A program made the translations under genes and the position numbers. Positions 18,405-26,421 of a DNA stretch of 27,463 nt are shown here, one piece after another. The stretch is from positions 1 through 27,463 of the forward strand of contig JBGQGY010000033.1 in NCBI GenBank assembly GCA_041497675.1. Reading direction: 5' to 3'. The notes beneath the pieces were generated by a model, which made no database searches, had not been told where the DNA came from, and was given only the letters and a program-made list of their open reading frames with translations. Positions within the stretch are counted from its first letter, which is position 1. Every line of letters starts with the position of its first letter. The DNA comes from a bacterium. Its GTDB lineage: Bacteria; Sysuimicrobiota; Sysuimicrobiia; Sysuimicrobiales; Humicultoraceae.

Positions 18405-18944
18405 ATGACACAGGAAGCAGCTGCGGCTCGCCTCGCGGAGGGTGAGAAACACCTGGAGACCGGCGCCTGGGAAGCCGCCGAGACGGAGTTCCGGCGCGCA
18501 GTCGAAGCCGATGCGTCCTCCGCGCTTGCGTATAGCAAACTCGGTGTGGCCCTCGTTCACCAGCGCCGGCTTGATGAAGCCGGGCAGGCGTTTTCTCGCG
18601 CCGTGGCGATCGACCCGAAGTACGCGCCGGCGTGGAGCAATCTGGGGAACATCTACCGCGAGAGCGGACGCACCGAACAAGCCCTCGACGCCTATCAGCG
18701 TGCGATCGCCGCGGATCCAGACTACTGGATCGCGCACCAGAACCTTGGCGGACTCTACCGGAAAATGGGCCGGATGAGTGAGGCGATAGCGTCGCTGCGC
18801 AAAGCCACGCGACTCTCGGCGCAAGCGGCGCTCCGCCCCACGGGAGCAGGTAAGGGCCGGCGGCTCGGGTGTCTGGGGGGTGCGGCATTGTGGTTGATCG
18901 TGTTTGCGGCGGCGGCTCTGATCTTTCGCACGCATGGCGGATGA
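18405..18944 (+). CDS. Tetratricopeptide repeat protein with C-terminal transmembrane helix
   Basis: About 4 TPRs (AYSKLG, AWSNLGNIY, AHQNLGGLY) and C-terminal ALWLIVFAAAALIF; likely start ATG 18405. Confidence 0.88.
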   Translation: MTQEAAAARLAEGEKHLETGAWEAAETEFRRAVEADASSALAYSKLGVALVHQRRLDEAGQAFSRAVAIDPKYAPAWSNLGNIYRESGRTEQALDAYQRAIAADPDYWIAHQNLGGLYRKMGRMSEAIASLRKATRLSAQAALRPTGAGKGRRLGCLGGAALWLIVFAAAALIFRTHGG

Positions 18945-19047
18945 CGTGTCGGGACGCCGCGAGTGGGAATAGCCTATCGTGAGGTCCGGTTATCGTATCG
19001 GGCGCCGGTCCGCCCGAATGTGTCGTGACTGGTGAGGAGGACGTGTG

Positions 19048-19371
19048 ATGGCCAAGTTGCTCGCGGTAACAGAAGAGACGTTCGACCAGGAAGTCCTGAA
19101 GGCCGGACTGCCTGTCCTGGTGGATTTTTGGGCCGAATGGTGCGGGCCGTGCCGGATGGTGGCGCCGATCGTAGAAGAACTTGCGACCGAATACGCCGGG
19201 CGAGTCAAGGTCACTAAGGTAGACATTGACGACAACCAGCGGCTCGCCATGCGGTACAGCATCATGAGCATCCCCACGCTCGGCGTATTCAAGGGTGGAG
19301 AACTCGTCGATCGGATCGTTGGCTACATGCCCAAACAGGAGTTGAAGCGCCGGTTGGACGGCGCGATCTAG
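19048..19371 (+). CDS. trxA: Thioredoxin
   Basis: VLVDFWAEWCGPC, SIPTL; RBS GAGGAGG. Confidence 0.98.
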   Translation: MAKLLAVTEETFDQEVLKAGLPVLVDFWAEWCGPCRMVAPIVEELATEYAGRVKVTKVDIDDNQRLAMRYSIMSIPTLGVFKGGELVDRIVGYMPKQELKRRLDGAI

Positions 19372-19386
19372 CCGCAGGACGCTGAA

Positions 19387-20304
19387 TCAGTTCGCCGTCT
19401 GCAACCACCGCTCGACGTCGATCGCGGCCACGCAGCCAAACCCCGCAGCAGTGATCGCCTGCCGGTAGGTGTGATCGTGCACGTCTCCGGCGGCGAAGAC
19501 CCCCTCGACGCTGGTCATCGATCGTGTCCGAAGCGCAACATAGCCGGCCGCGTCGAGATCGAGCTGACCGGCGAACAGCGCGGTGTTCGGCACGTGGCCA
19601 ATCGCCACGAACACGCCGTCGGTCGGCCGTTCGGTGAGCTCGGCCGTCTTCAAATTGCGCAGCAGCACGCCGCGAACGACTCCATTGCCGAGGACGTCTT
19701 CAACGGCGGCGTTCCAGACAAAGCTGATCGCAGGATGTTTCATGGCGCGCTCCTGCATGATCTTGCTCGCGCGCAGCGTGTCACGACGATGGATGATCGT
19801 CACGGAACGCGCGAGATTCGCCAGATAGAGGGCCTCTTCCATCGCAGAATCGCCCCCTCCGACAACCACGACGTCTTTTTTCCGAAAGAAGAAGCCATCG
19901 CACGTCGCGCACGTGGACACCCCACGACCCATCAACCTGGCTTCACCGGGGACGCCAAGCATTTTGGCGGACGCGCCGGTGGCAACAATGAGTGTACGTC
20001 CCTCGAATCGCTGGCCCGACTGCGTAGTGACTGCAAAGGGCCGGTGACGCAGATCGACGGCGGTGACATCTTCTGTGATGAAGTCAGCTCCGACGCGCTC
20101 GGCCTGCTTGCGCATGCTTTGCATCAACGCCGGGCCCATGATGGCTTCTTCGAACCCAGGATAATTTTCGACAAGCGTCGTGATCATCAGCTGGCCGCCG
20201 GCTTCGCTTCCTTCGATGACCAAGGGCGCCAGGTTTGCTCTCGCCGCGTAAATGGCGGCAGTCAGGCCCGCCGGGCCTCCACCGAGGATGACCACGTTGC
20301 GCAT
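19387..20304 (-). CDS. trxB: Thioredoxin-disulfide reductase
   Basis: GGGPAGLTAAIY, GGQL, CATCDG, GGGDSAMEEA, GVFAAGDV, RQAITAAG; likely start ATG 20304. Confidence 0.98.
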   Translation of the reverse strand: MRNVVILGGGPAGLTAAIYAARANLAPLVIEGSEAGGQLMITTLVENYPGFEEAIMGPALMQSMRKQAERVGADFITEDVTAVDLRHRPFAVTTQSGQRFEGRTLIVATGASAKMLGVPGEARLMGRGVSTCATCDGFFFRKKDVVVVGGGDSAMEEALYLANLARSVTIIHRRDTLRASKIMQERAMKHPAISFVWNAAVEDVLGNGVVRGVLLRNLKTAELTERPTDGVFVAIGHVPNTALFAGQLDLDAAGYVALRTRSMTSVEGVFAAGDVHDHTYRQAITAAGFGCVAAIDVERWLQTAN

Positions 20305-20753
20305 CGAACACCCCCAAACACCAGTGCGGTGGTTTGCGCGGCCTGCCCGCCCCGCGCCCACGACCAACTGTATGGGTTCGTCGGGTATTCCGCTGCGACC
20401 CTTCTACCGAAGCGCCTCCATCAGACAGCGCTTCGGGTGCGTCAGGACGGGATCGGTCAGATCACGGCGCTTCTTGGAGAACAACAGCGCCACTTCGAAA
20501 GAGTTAGCGGTCCATTTCCCGCCCCGTTGCGGTCATTTTATGGGCGATTTCTCCCCCAAACGGAGTAGACGTGCCTACGCCCCTAGTGTAGCGATCTAAT
20601 CCTCCTAGAGAGGGATGACATACCACGCTCCATGATGACACCTAGATCATCCCGGCCAAGGGCGAAATTCCTCCAGGTAGGGAGTTGGCGCGAACCAGCA
20701 TACGTCGTACTCTACGATCACCACCAATCAAACTAGGCAGGGAGTCGCCACTG

Positions 20754-20969
20754 ATGCCGTCACAGATCACTGTGCGTGCCCGCGACTGTGTGGGCCGGCC
20801 GAGCCGGCCACCTTTCATTGGTGACGTGTTAGACTATCGGGGGCAGCCATGGACCGTTGTTGGGCTGTTCATGGGTGCCGACCCGATCACCAGTGAGGTC
20901 GAAGAGTATCTGATCCTTGAAGGACGTCAAGTGTTGCAGAGGAGGGAAGAGAGTGGGAGAGCGACGTAA
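20754..20969 (+). CDS. Small hypothetical protein (71 aa) at the head of the EPS locus
   Basis: GGGAG RBS, then MPSQITVRARDCVGRPSRPPFIGDVLDYRGQPWTVVGLFMGADPITSEVEEYLILEG...; overlaps the next gene's start. Confidence 0.55.
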   Translation: MPSQITVRARDCVGRPSRPPFIGDVLDYRGQPWTVVGLFMGADPITSEVEEYLILEGRQVLQRREESGRAT

Positions 20970-21897
20970 GCCACACGTCCGCACGTGCCTGGCCATTATC
21001 TTGGGCATCGCGGTGGTGGTTCTGTCGGCTCATGTCGGGCCGGTCGGAGGGCCCGGGTCGCGCGTGCTGGCCCAGCAGCCGCCGCGGGAGTACGTGCTCA
21101 ATCTCGGGGACACGGTGGAGATCGCCGTGTTTGGGGAGGGCGAGCTTTCCCGCAGCGTCACCATCGGCCCCAATGGGAAGATTACCCTCCCGTTGGTCGG
21201 CGAGATTCAGGCTGCCGGGCTGACACCCACTCAGCTTACCGAAAAGCTCACAGACGCGCTCAAAGCGTACCTCAGGAACCCCCAGGTCACCGTGACCGTT
21301 CGCGAGTACCCGCGCGCGTACGTGTACCTCGTGGGTCAGGTGGCGCGCACGGGTCAACTTGAGATTCAACGCGGATGGACTGTGCTCGAGGTCATGATCA
21401 GCGCCGGTGTCACCCCTCGCGCGGCACTGCGGCGTGCGACGCTCACCCGGAAGAGCAACGGGGAGGTCATCCCGATCGATCTCGACCGTCTCTTGAACAA
21501 GGGTGACAGGAGTGTGAACGTGCCCGTTGAGCCGGGGGACGTCATCATGGTACCCGCGCTACAGAACCGGATCATGGTGCTGGGTGCGGTGACCAGCCCA
21601 GGCGCCTACGAGTTCGATGACGGCGCGAAGATCTTCGACGCAGTGATCAGGGCTGGGAGCCCTTTGGAGCGATCGGCCCAGAACAACATCGGGCTGATCC
21701 GACAGGGCGCAGACGGCAAGCCGGTGATCAAGACCGTTGATATGACGAAGTTTGTGAAAGGCGACTTTTCCCAAAACGTCCCGGTGCAGGACGGAGACAT
21801 CGTGTACATTCCGCGCGACAACCGGATACGGTGGACCGATGTGCTCGTGTATCTTGGGGGTATCGGCTTGATTCGGTCGGTGCTAGGTACTCCGTAG
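20953..21897 (+). CDS. Polysaccharide export protein, Wza/OPX-like (Poly_export plus SLBB domains)
   Basis: YVLNLGDTVEIAVFGE..LS..VTIGPNGKITLPLVGEIQAAGLT...YLRNPQVTV, two SLBB repeats, signal peptide, C-terminal amphipathic helix; AGGAGG before GTG 20953. Confidence 0.9.
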   Translation: MGERRKPHVRTCLAIILGIAVVVLSAHVGPVGGPGSRVLAQQPPREYVLNLGDTVEIAVFGEGELSRSVTIGPNGKITLPLVGEIQAAGLTPTQLTEKLTDALKAYLRNPQVTVTVREYPRAYVYLVGQVARTGQLEIQRGWTVLEVMISAGVTPRAALRRATLTRKSNGEVIPIDLDRLLNKGDRSVNVPVEPGDVIMVPALQNRIMVLGAVTSPGAYEFDDGAKIFDAVIRAGSPLERSAQNNIGLIRQGADGKPVIKTVDMTKFVKGDFSQNVPVQDGDIVYIPRDNRIRWTDVLVYLGGIGLIRSVLGTP

Positions 21898-21935
21898 GAG
21901 CAGATCTCCTTTTTGTTCGGAGAGGAGCAACGGTA

Positions 21936-23531
21936 ATGGGTGGACAGACGAATGAGCTAGGGATCTACCTGCAGGCCGTCAAGAGCCGATTCTGGTTGGT
22001 GATGCTGATGGTTGCGGTCGCCGTGAGCGCGGCCTATTCGACCATCGGCCGCCGGCAGGCGCGGTACACCGCGCAGGCGATGATGATGGTGACGGCCCCG
22101 GTGCTCACCCCGCCGCCAAGCGTATCTGGCCGGACGGTAACTTCCGGATCCAGCCAGACGACTGTGACCGCCGACATCCTGGAGCTGATCAACAGCCGTC
22201 CCATCGCGGCACGCGTCGCCAAGCGGTTGGACCTGCCTAATCTCGCAGTGGTTCAGCGCTCCGTGTCCGCGTTTCCACAGCGCGGCACGTCACTGATCTG
22301 GATCGCGGCCAACGATCGTGACCCTGAACTGGCCGCCCTCCTCGCCAACACGACCGCGGAGGAGTTCATTGCCTACTTCCGCGAGGCCAATCGCAACGCG
22401 GTGACCGAAACTCGGCGGTTCGCGGAGGAACAGCTGGCGCTATCGCGGTCCAGGCTCGAGCAGTCCGAGCGCGCCATTCAAGGGTTCCGGGAGAGCCGGC
22501 GAGTGGTGAGCGCTGGTGAAGCCAGTGCCCGCGTGTTGGGGCAGATGAACATGGCCGAGACCGAGCTCGATGTGGCGAACCGCACGCGCTCCGAAGTCGA
22601 CGCGCGCCTGGTGGCCATCCGCGAACGGCTGTCGCATGAGCGGCCCGTGATCGTGGCGTCCCGCGCGACGACTGGGAACCCGATCTTCCAGCGGATTCAG
22701 AGCTATCTGGTCGAGCTCGAGATCCGGCGCACGCAGCTGGCCCAGTTGTACACGCCGCAGCATCCGCGCATGCAGGCGCTCAGCAACGAGATCGCGGATG
22801 TCCGGAACCGAATGCTGGCCGAAGCCAAGACCATGGTTGGGGAAGAGATCACCACCACCACCCCGCTGCACGCCCGTCTGATCGGCGACATTCTCTCGTT
22901 GGAAGTGGAGCGGGCGGCCATGACGGCGCGCATCGCAGGCGTACAGAACAGCTTGCAGCGCAGGCAGCAGGACGTGCAGGGGTTGTTTTCGACCGAAACT
23001 GAGTTCAATCGGCTGATGCGTGAGAACCGGATCCTGGAGGCGAACTACACCACGCTGGCGACGCGCTATCAGGATCTTCTGTTGCGCGAGAACGAAGCAG
23101 GGTACTCCCCCGCCAGCATCCAGCTGATGGAAGCGGCGGTGGCGCCACTCGCCGCGAATGCGTCGTCCTTCCCCAAGACTGCGGCGGCCGCCGGCGTGAT
23201 TGGGATGGTGTTAGGTATTCTGGGGGCGCTGCTTCTTGAGGCGTTCGACGATCGGATCAGAAGCGCACAGGACGCCGAGCGTGTCGTGGGCGCGCCAGTG
23301 CTGGCGCAGATTCCTACGTTCGGCGCCGCCCAGCCGAGAGTCACACCGGCCCCGGCGGTGTTCGTGCTCATGTTGCTGTTGGTGGCGGGGGCCGCGTGGG
23401 TGGCGATTGCTCGAACCCATCCACCCGTGGTGAGCCGCGTGTCGGAGGAGGTTCGCAAGGTCACGGTGATGATGGCAGAGAGAGTACCGGCGCGCGCATC
23501 TGAAATGAAGCCCGTCGGGGAGAATCGATAG
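21936..23531 (+). CDS. Polysaccharide co-polymerase, Wzc/GumC N-terminal type
   Basis: N-terminal TM, long coiled coils, YTPQHP, TM GVIGMVLGILGALLLE followed by DDRIRS..DAE....PVLAQIP; RBS GAGGAG. Confidence 0.88.
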   Translation: MGGQTNELGIYLQAVKSRFWLVMLMVAVAVSAAYSTIGRRQARYTAQAMMMVTAPVLTPPPSVSGRTVTSGSSQTTVTADILELINSRPIAARVAKRLDLPNLAVVQRSVSAFPQRGTSLIWIAANDRDPELAALLANTTAEEFIAYFREANRNAVTETRRFAEEQLALSRSRLEQSERAIQGFRESRRVVSAGEASARVLGQMNMAETELDVANRTRSEVDARLVAIRERLSHERPVIVASRATTGNPIFQRIQSYLVELEIRRTQLAQLYTPQHPRMQALSNEIADVRNRMLAEAKTMVGEEITTTTPLHARLIGDILSLEVERAAMTARIAGVQNSLQRRQQDVQGLFSTETEFNRLMRENRILEANYTTLATRYQDLLLRENEAGYSPASIQLMEAAVAPLAANASSFPKTAAAAGVIGMVLGILGALLLEAFDDRIRSAQDAERVVGAPVLAQIPTFGAAQPRVTPAPAVFVLMLLLVAGAAWVAIARTHPPVVSRVSEEVRKVTVMMAERVPARASEMKPVGENR

Positions 23532-23533
23532 GT

Positions 23534-24220
23534 ATGGACGGACGTAGTAACGGCAAAGACACAGTGGCGAAAAACGGGTTTGTGACGGTCGCAACGGCCG
23601 ACCCGGGGACGCCATTTGTCGAGGCCTACGGCATGCTGTTGGCCAGCTTGCTGTTGGGCAGCAACGGCAAACCACCGAGCACCGTGGCGGTCGCCAGCGC
23701 ACGAGCGGGCGATGGGTGCTCTACGACGGCGCTGAACCTGGCCATCATGATGGCGCAAACGGGTCGGGCGACCGTCCTCGTGGACGCGAACATGCGCACT
23801 CCGGGGTTGCACACGGCTTTTGACGTCCCGCAGCGACCTGGTCTCGCGGAGGTACTGACGAAGAAGAGCGACGCGAAGAGCGCCATCGTCGGGACAAGGA
23901 TCGTCAACCTGTCGGTCATGCCGGCTGGAAATGCTGAAGTGCCCCCGCAGGCCCTGCTGACGCAGACGAGCCTGGCCGACCTGTTCCAGACGTTACGCGA
24001 ACGATTCGAAATGATCGTGGTTGACACGCCGCCGATCTTGAGTTGCCCTGACGTCCTTCATATCAGTAAGGTCGTCGATGGGGTCTTGATGGTCGTGTCG
24101 CCACACGGGGCCTCGCGGCGGGATCAGCAAGAGGCCCGCCAGTTGTTGGACCGCGTGGAAGCGCGTATTTTCGGCATGGTGCTCAACCGGGCTCGGTCAC
24201 GAGCGGCGTCACGCGCGTAA
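23534..24220 (+). CDS. CpsD/CapB-family BY-kinase homolog (probable pseudokinase)
   Basis: EAY..L, SARAGDGCST, VLVDANMRTP, GLAEVL, IVVDTPPIL, GMVLN; Walker A Lys is replaced by Cys. Confidence 0.88.
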   Translation: MDGRSNGKDTVAKNGFVTVATADPGTPFVEAYGMLLASLLLGSNGKPPSTVAVASARAGDGCSTTALNLAIMMAQTGRATVLVDANMRTPGLHTAFDVPQRPGLAEVLTKKSDAKSAIVGTRIVNLSVMPAGNAEVPPQALLTQTSLADLFQTLRERFEMIVVDTPPILSCPDVLHISKVVDGVLMVVSPHGASRRDQQEARQLLDRVEARIFGMVLNRARSRAASRA

Positions 24221-24221
24221 G

Positions 24222-24749
24222 ATGGACATCGGGGAGACGCCGGTTGGAGCGGCGTGGTACGTCGTGCAGACGAAGCCACGGCAGGAAGAACATGTCAGGC
24301 ATTGGCTGGAAGAACGAGCGCGGCTGACCGTATTCCTGCCAAAGATCCAGGACGTGCGCAAACGCAGGTTCAAGCGGGTCACCATCATCGAGCCGCTCTT
24401 CCCATCGTATGTGTTCGTGGAAATGCGCCTCGAACCCGGCCCCTGGTACGCGGTGAAGTGGACACCAGGTGTCAAGCGAATCATTGGCACCGGTGAAATA
24501 CCGACGCCCGTGCCGATAGAGATTATTCACCTCCTCCGTCAGCGGTGTGTGGACGGCGAGATCATTTCCTGGTGCCCGAGGCTGCCCGCGGGAGCAACGG
24601 TGCAGGTGATCGACGGGCCGTTTGCCGGCCTGCAGGGGATCCTCGAGCGACCGGCAAGCCGGGGAGAACGGGCGCGCGTCCTGCTACGGCTGATGGGCGC
24701 CACGGCGCGAGTGGAGCTGGACGTTACAGACATCGAGTTAGTCGCCTGA
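24222..24749 (+). CDS. NusG paralog transcription antiterminator (RfaH/UpxY-like)
   Basis: WYVVQTKPRQE, EPLFPSYVF, TPGVKRII, KOW motif VQVIDGPFAGLQG. Confidence 0.92.
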   Translation: MDIGETPVGAAWYVVQTKPRQEEHVRHWLEERARLTVFLPKIQDVRKRRFKRVTIIEPLFPSYVFVEMRLEPGPWYAVKWTPGVKRIIGTGEIPTPVPIEIIHLLRQRCVDGEIISWCPRLPAGATVQVIDGPFAGLQGILERPASRGERARVLLRLMGATARVELDVTDIELVA

Positions 24750-24848
24750 GGGAACTACGGCGGGGCAAGGTGTGATCCCGCCGAGGAACACAATTCCGAT
24801 TGATATCTAAGCCGGAGAATAGGACGCCGGTAGGGCGGAGCTGTACCT

Positions 24849-26198
24849 ATGACGATTGCAACCCTCGAACAGATCAAACCCAAACGACCGGCCGACGCCG
24901 AATTCGACGAGAGACTGCGTAGCCGCCATGCGTCCGTGGCGGTGATCGGACTCGGATATGTCGGGTTGCCTCTTGCGCTGTCATTTGCACAAGACGGCTT
25001 CGATGTGCTGGGGATCGACGTTGATTCGGCGCGGGTCGAAGGGCTCGTCCGCGGGCAATCGCCCGTGGGAGATGTATCGTCCGCGGACCTGGTGGCTGCG
25101 CGTGAATCTGGACACCTGAAGTTCGAGGCGACCTACCATGGATTGCCCCGAGCGGATATCAGTATCATCTGCGTACCCACCCCCTGCACGCGGAACAGGC
25201 AGCCAGATACATCGAGCATTGCCGGCGCCGCACGAGGCATTGCGCAGCACCTGCGGCCCGGGCAGTTGATCATCCTGCGCAGCACATCCTACCCGGGGAC
25301 CACCGGCGAGCTGGTGCTGCCGATCCTTGAATCCGGTGGGCTGTCAGTCGGGCGAGACTTCTTTCTGGCGTTCGTCGCCGAACGGGTCGATCCGGGGCGC
25401 AAGGACTATACGATTCGCAACACGCCCGTCGTGGTGGGCGGGTGCGATCCGGAAAGCACGCGCCGCGCGGCGAAACTGTTCGAGCAACTCGGCCCGCCCA
25501 TCTTGTCGGTCTCCTCGCCGGCCACGGCTGAGATGGCCAAGCTGCTGGAGAACGTCTTCCGCAACGTCAATATTGCCCTGGTGAACCAGCTCGCGATGCT
25601 GTGCGACCGCATGGGTTTGGATGTCTGGGAAGTTGTGGAAGCGGCCGCGACCAAACCCTACGGATTCCTACCTTTCAATCCGGGCCCAGGTGTCGGCGGA
25701 CACTGCATTCCGGTGGATCCGTATTATCTGGCATGGAAGGCGCGCGAATACGACTTCCACATGGATTTCATCGAGCTGGCCGCTCGGGTCAACGAGGAGA
25801 TGCCGTACTACGTCGTCACTAAGACGCTGCTGGCGCTCAATGGGCAACGGAGTCGGCCGCGGGGTCCGCGGGTGTTGGTTCTCGGCGTGACGTTCAAGCG
25901 TGATATCGACGATTATCGGGAATCTCCGGCCTTAAAGATCATCCAGTTGCTCATGCAACGCGGCGTCAAAGTCAGCTATCATGATCCGTTCGTGCCGAAG
26001 ATCACCGTCGGAGGCAGTTTGTTTGTCAGCCGTCCACTATCCGCGGCAACCCTGAAAGCGGCTGACTGCGTGCTCGTGGTCGCGGATCACTCGTGCATCG
26101 ACTACCAGCACGTGGTGAAGCATGCGCGACTTGTGATGGATACGCGGAACGCTACACGGGAAGTGGAAGAGGGACGGAACAAGATCGTCAAGTTGTAG
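24849..26198 (+). CDS. Nucleotide-sugar dehydrogenase (UDP-N-acetylhexosamine dehydrogenase, WbpA/WecC-like)
   Basis: VIGLGYVGLPLA, ICVPTP, STSYPGTT, ERVDPG, AEMAKLLEN, GPGVGGHCIPVDP, FKRDIDDYRESP. Confidence 0.95.
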   Translation: MTIATLEQIKPKRPADAEFDERLRSRHASVAVIGLGYVGLPLALSFAQDGFDVLGIDVDSARVEGLVRGQSPVGDVSSADLVAARESGHLKFEATYHGLPRADISIICVPTPCTRNRQPDTSSIAGAARGIAQHLRPGQLIILRSTSYPGTTGELVLPILESGGLSVGRDFFLAFVAERVDPGRKDYTIRNTPVVVGGCDPESTRRAAKLFEQLGPPILSVSSPATAEMAKLLENVFRNVNIALVNQLAMLCDRMGLDVWEVVEAAATKPYGFLPFNPGPGVGGHCIPVDPYYLAWKAREYDFHMDFIELAARVNEEMPYYVVTKTLLALNGQRSRPRGPRVLVLGVTFKRDIDDYRESPALKIIQLLMQRGVKVSYHDPFVPKITVGGSLFVSRPLSAATLKAADCVLVVADHSCIDYQHVVKHARLVMDTRNATREVEEGRNKIVKL

Positions 26199-26327
26199 GA
26201 TCCGTCGGGTCTAGACGTCTGGCGGTTCGGGCATAACAAAAGCAATACCCGCCCCGCATGAGCCTATTGCCCGCATGAAGAGGTTGGGACAAAAGCCGCC
26301 ATAAAGGTCGGCCGTTTAGGTGGCCGT

Positions 26328-26410
26328 GCCACGATAAAGGCAAACCCGTCGCAAGGCGGGGACGCAAAGCCACGGGACCCCCTCACGGGGTCAGCCGGGT
26401 TACCGAAAGG
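26328..26410 (+). ncRNA. Cyclic di-GMP-I (GEMM) riboswitch
   Basis: GGCAAACCCGTC-GCAA-GGCGGGGACGCAAAGCCACGGG...AGCCGGGTTACCGAA matches the GEMM-I core; the aptamer 3' end abuts RBS AAGGAG (26407-26412). Confidence 0.93.
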
Positions 26411-26421
26411 AGACAGTCACC

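Noticed and set aside
20552..20615. Imperfect 16-bp inverted repeats (TCCCCCAAACGGAGTA, TCCTCCTAGAGAGGGA) resembling NarL-family 7-2-7 sites upstream of the EPS locus
   Set aside because: Too many mismatches and no cognate regulator in the window
26253..26278. CCCGCATGA direct repeat upstream of the riboswitch
   Set aside because: Only two 9-bp copies with 17-bp spacing; cannot be distinguished from chance
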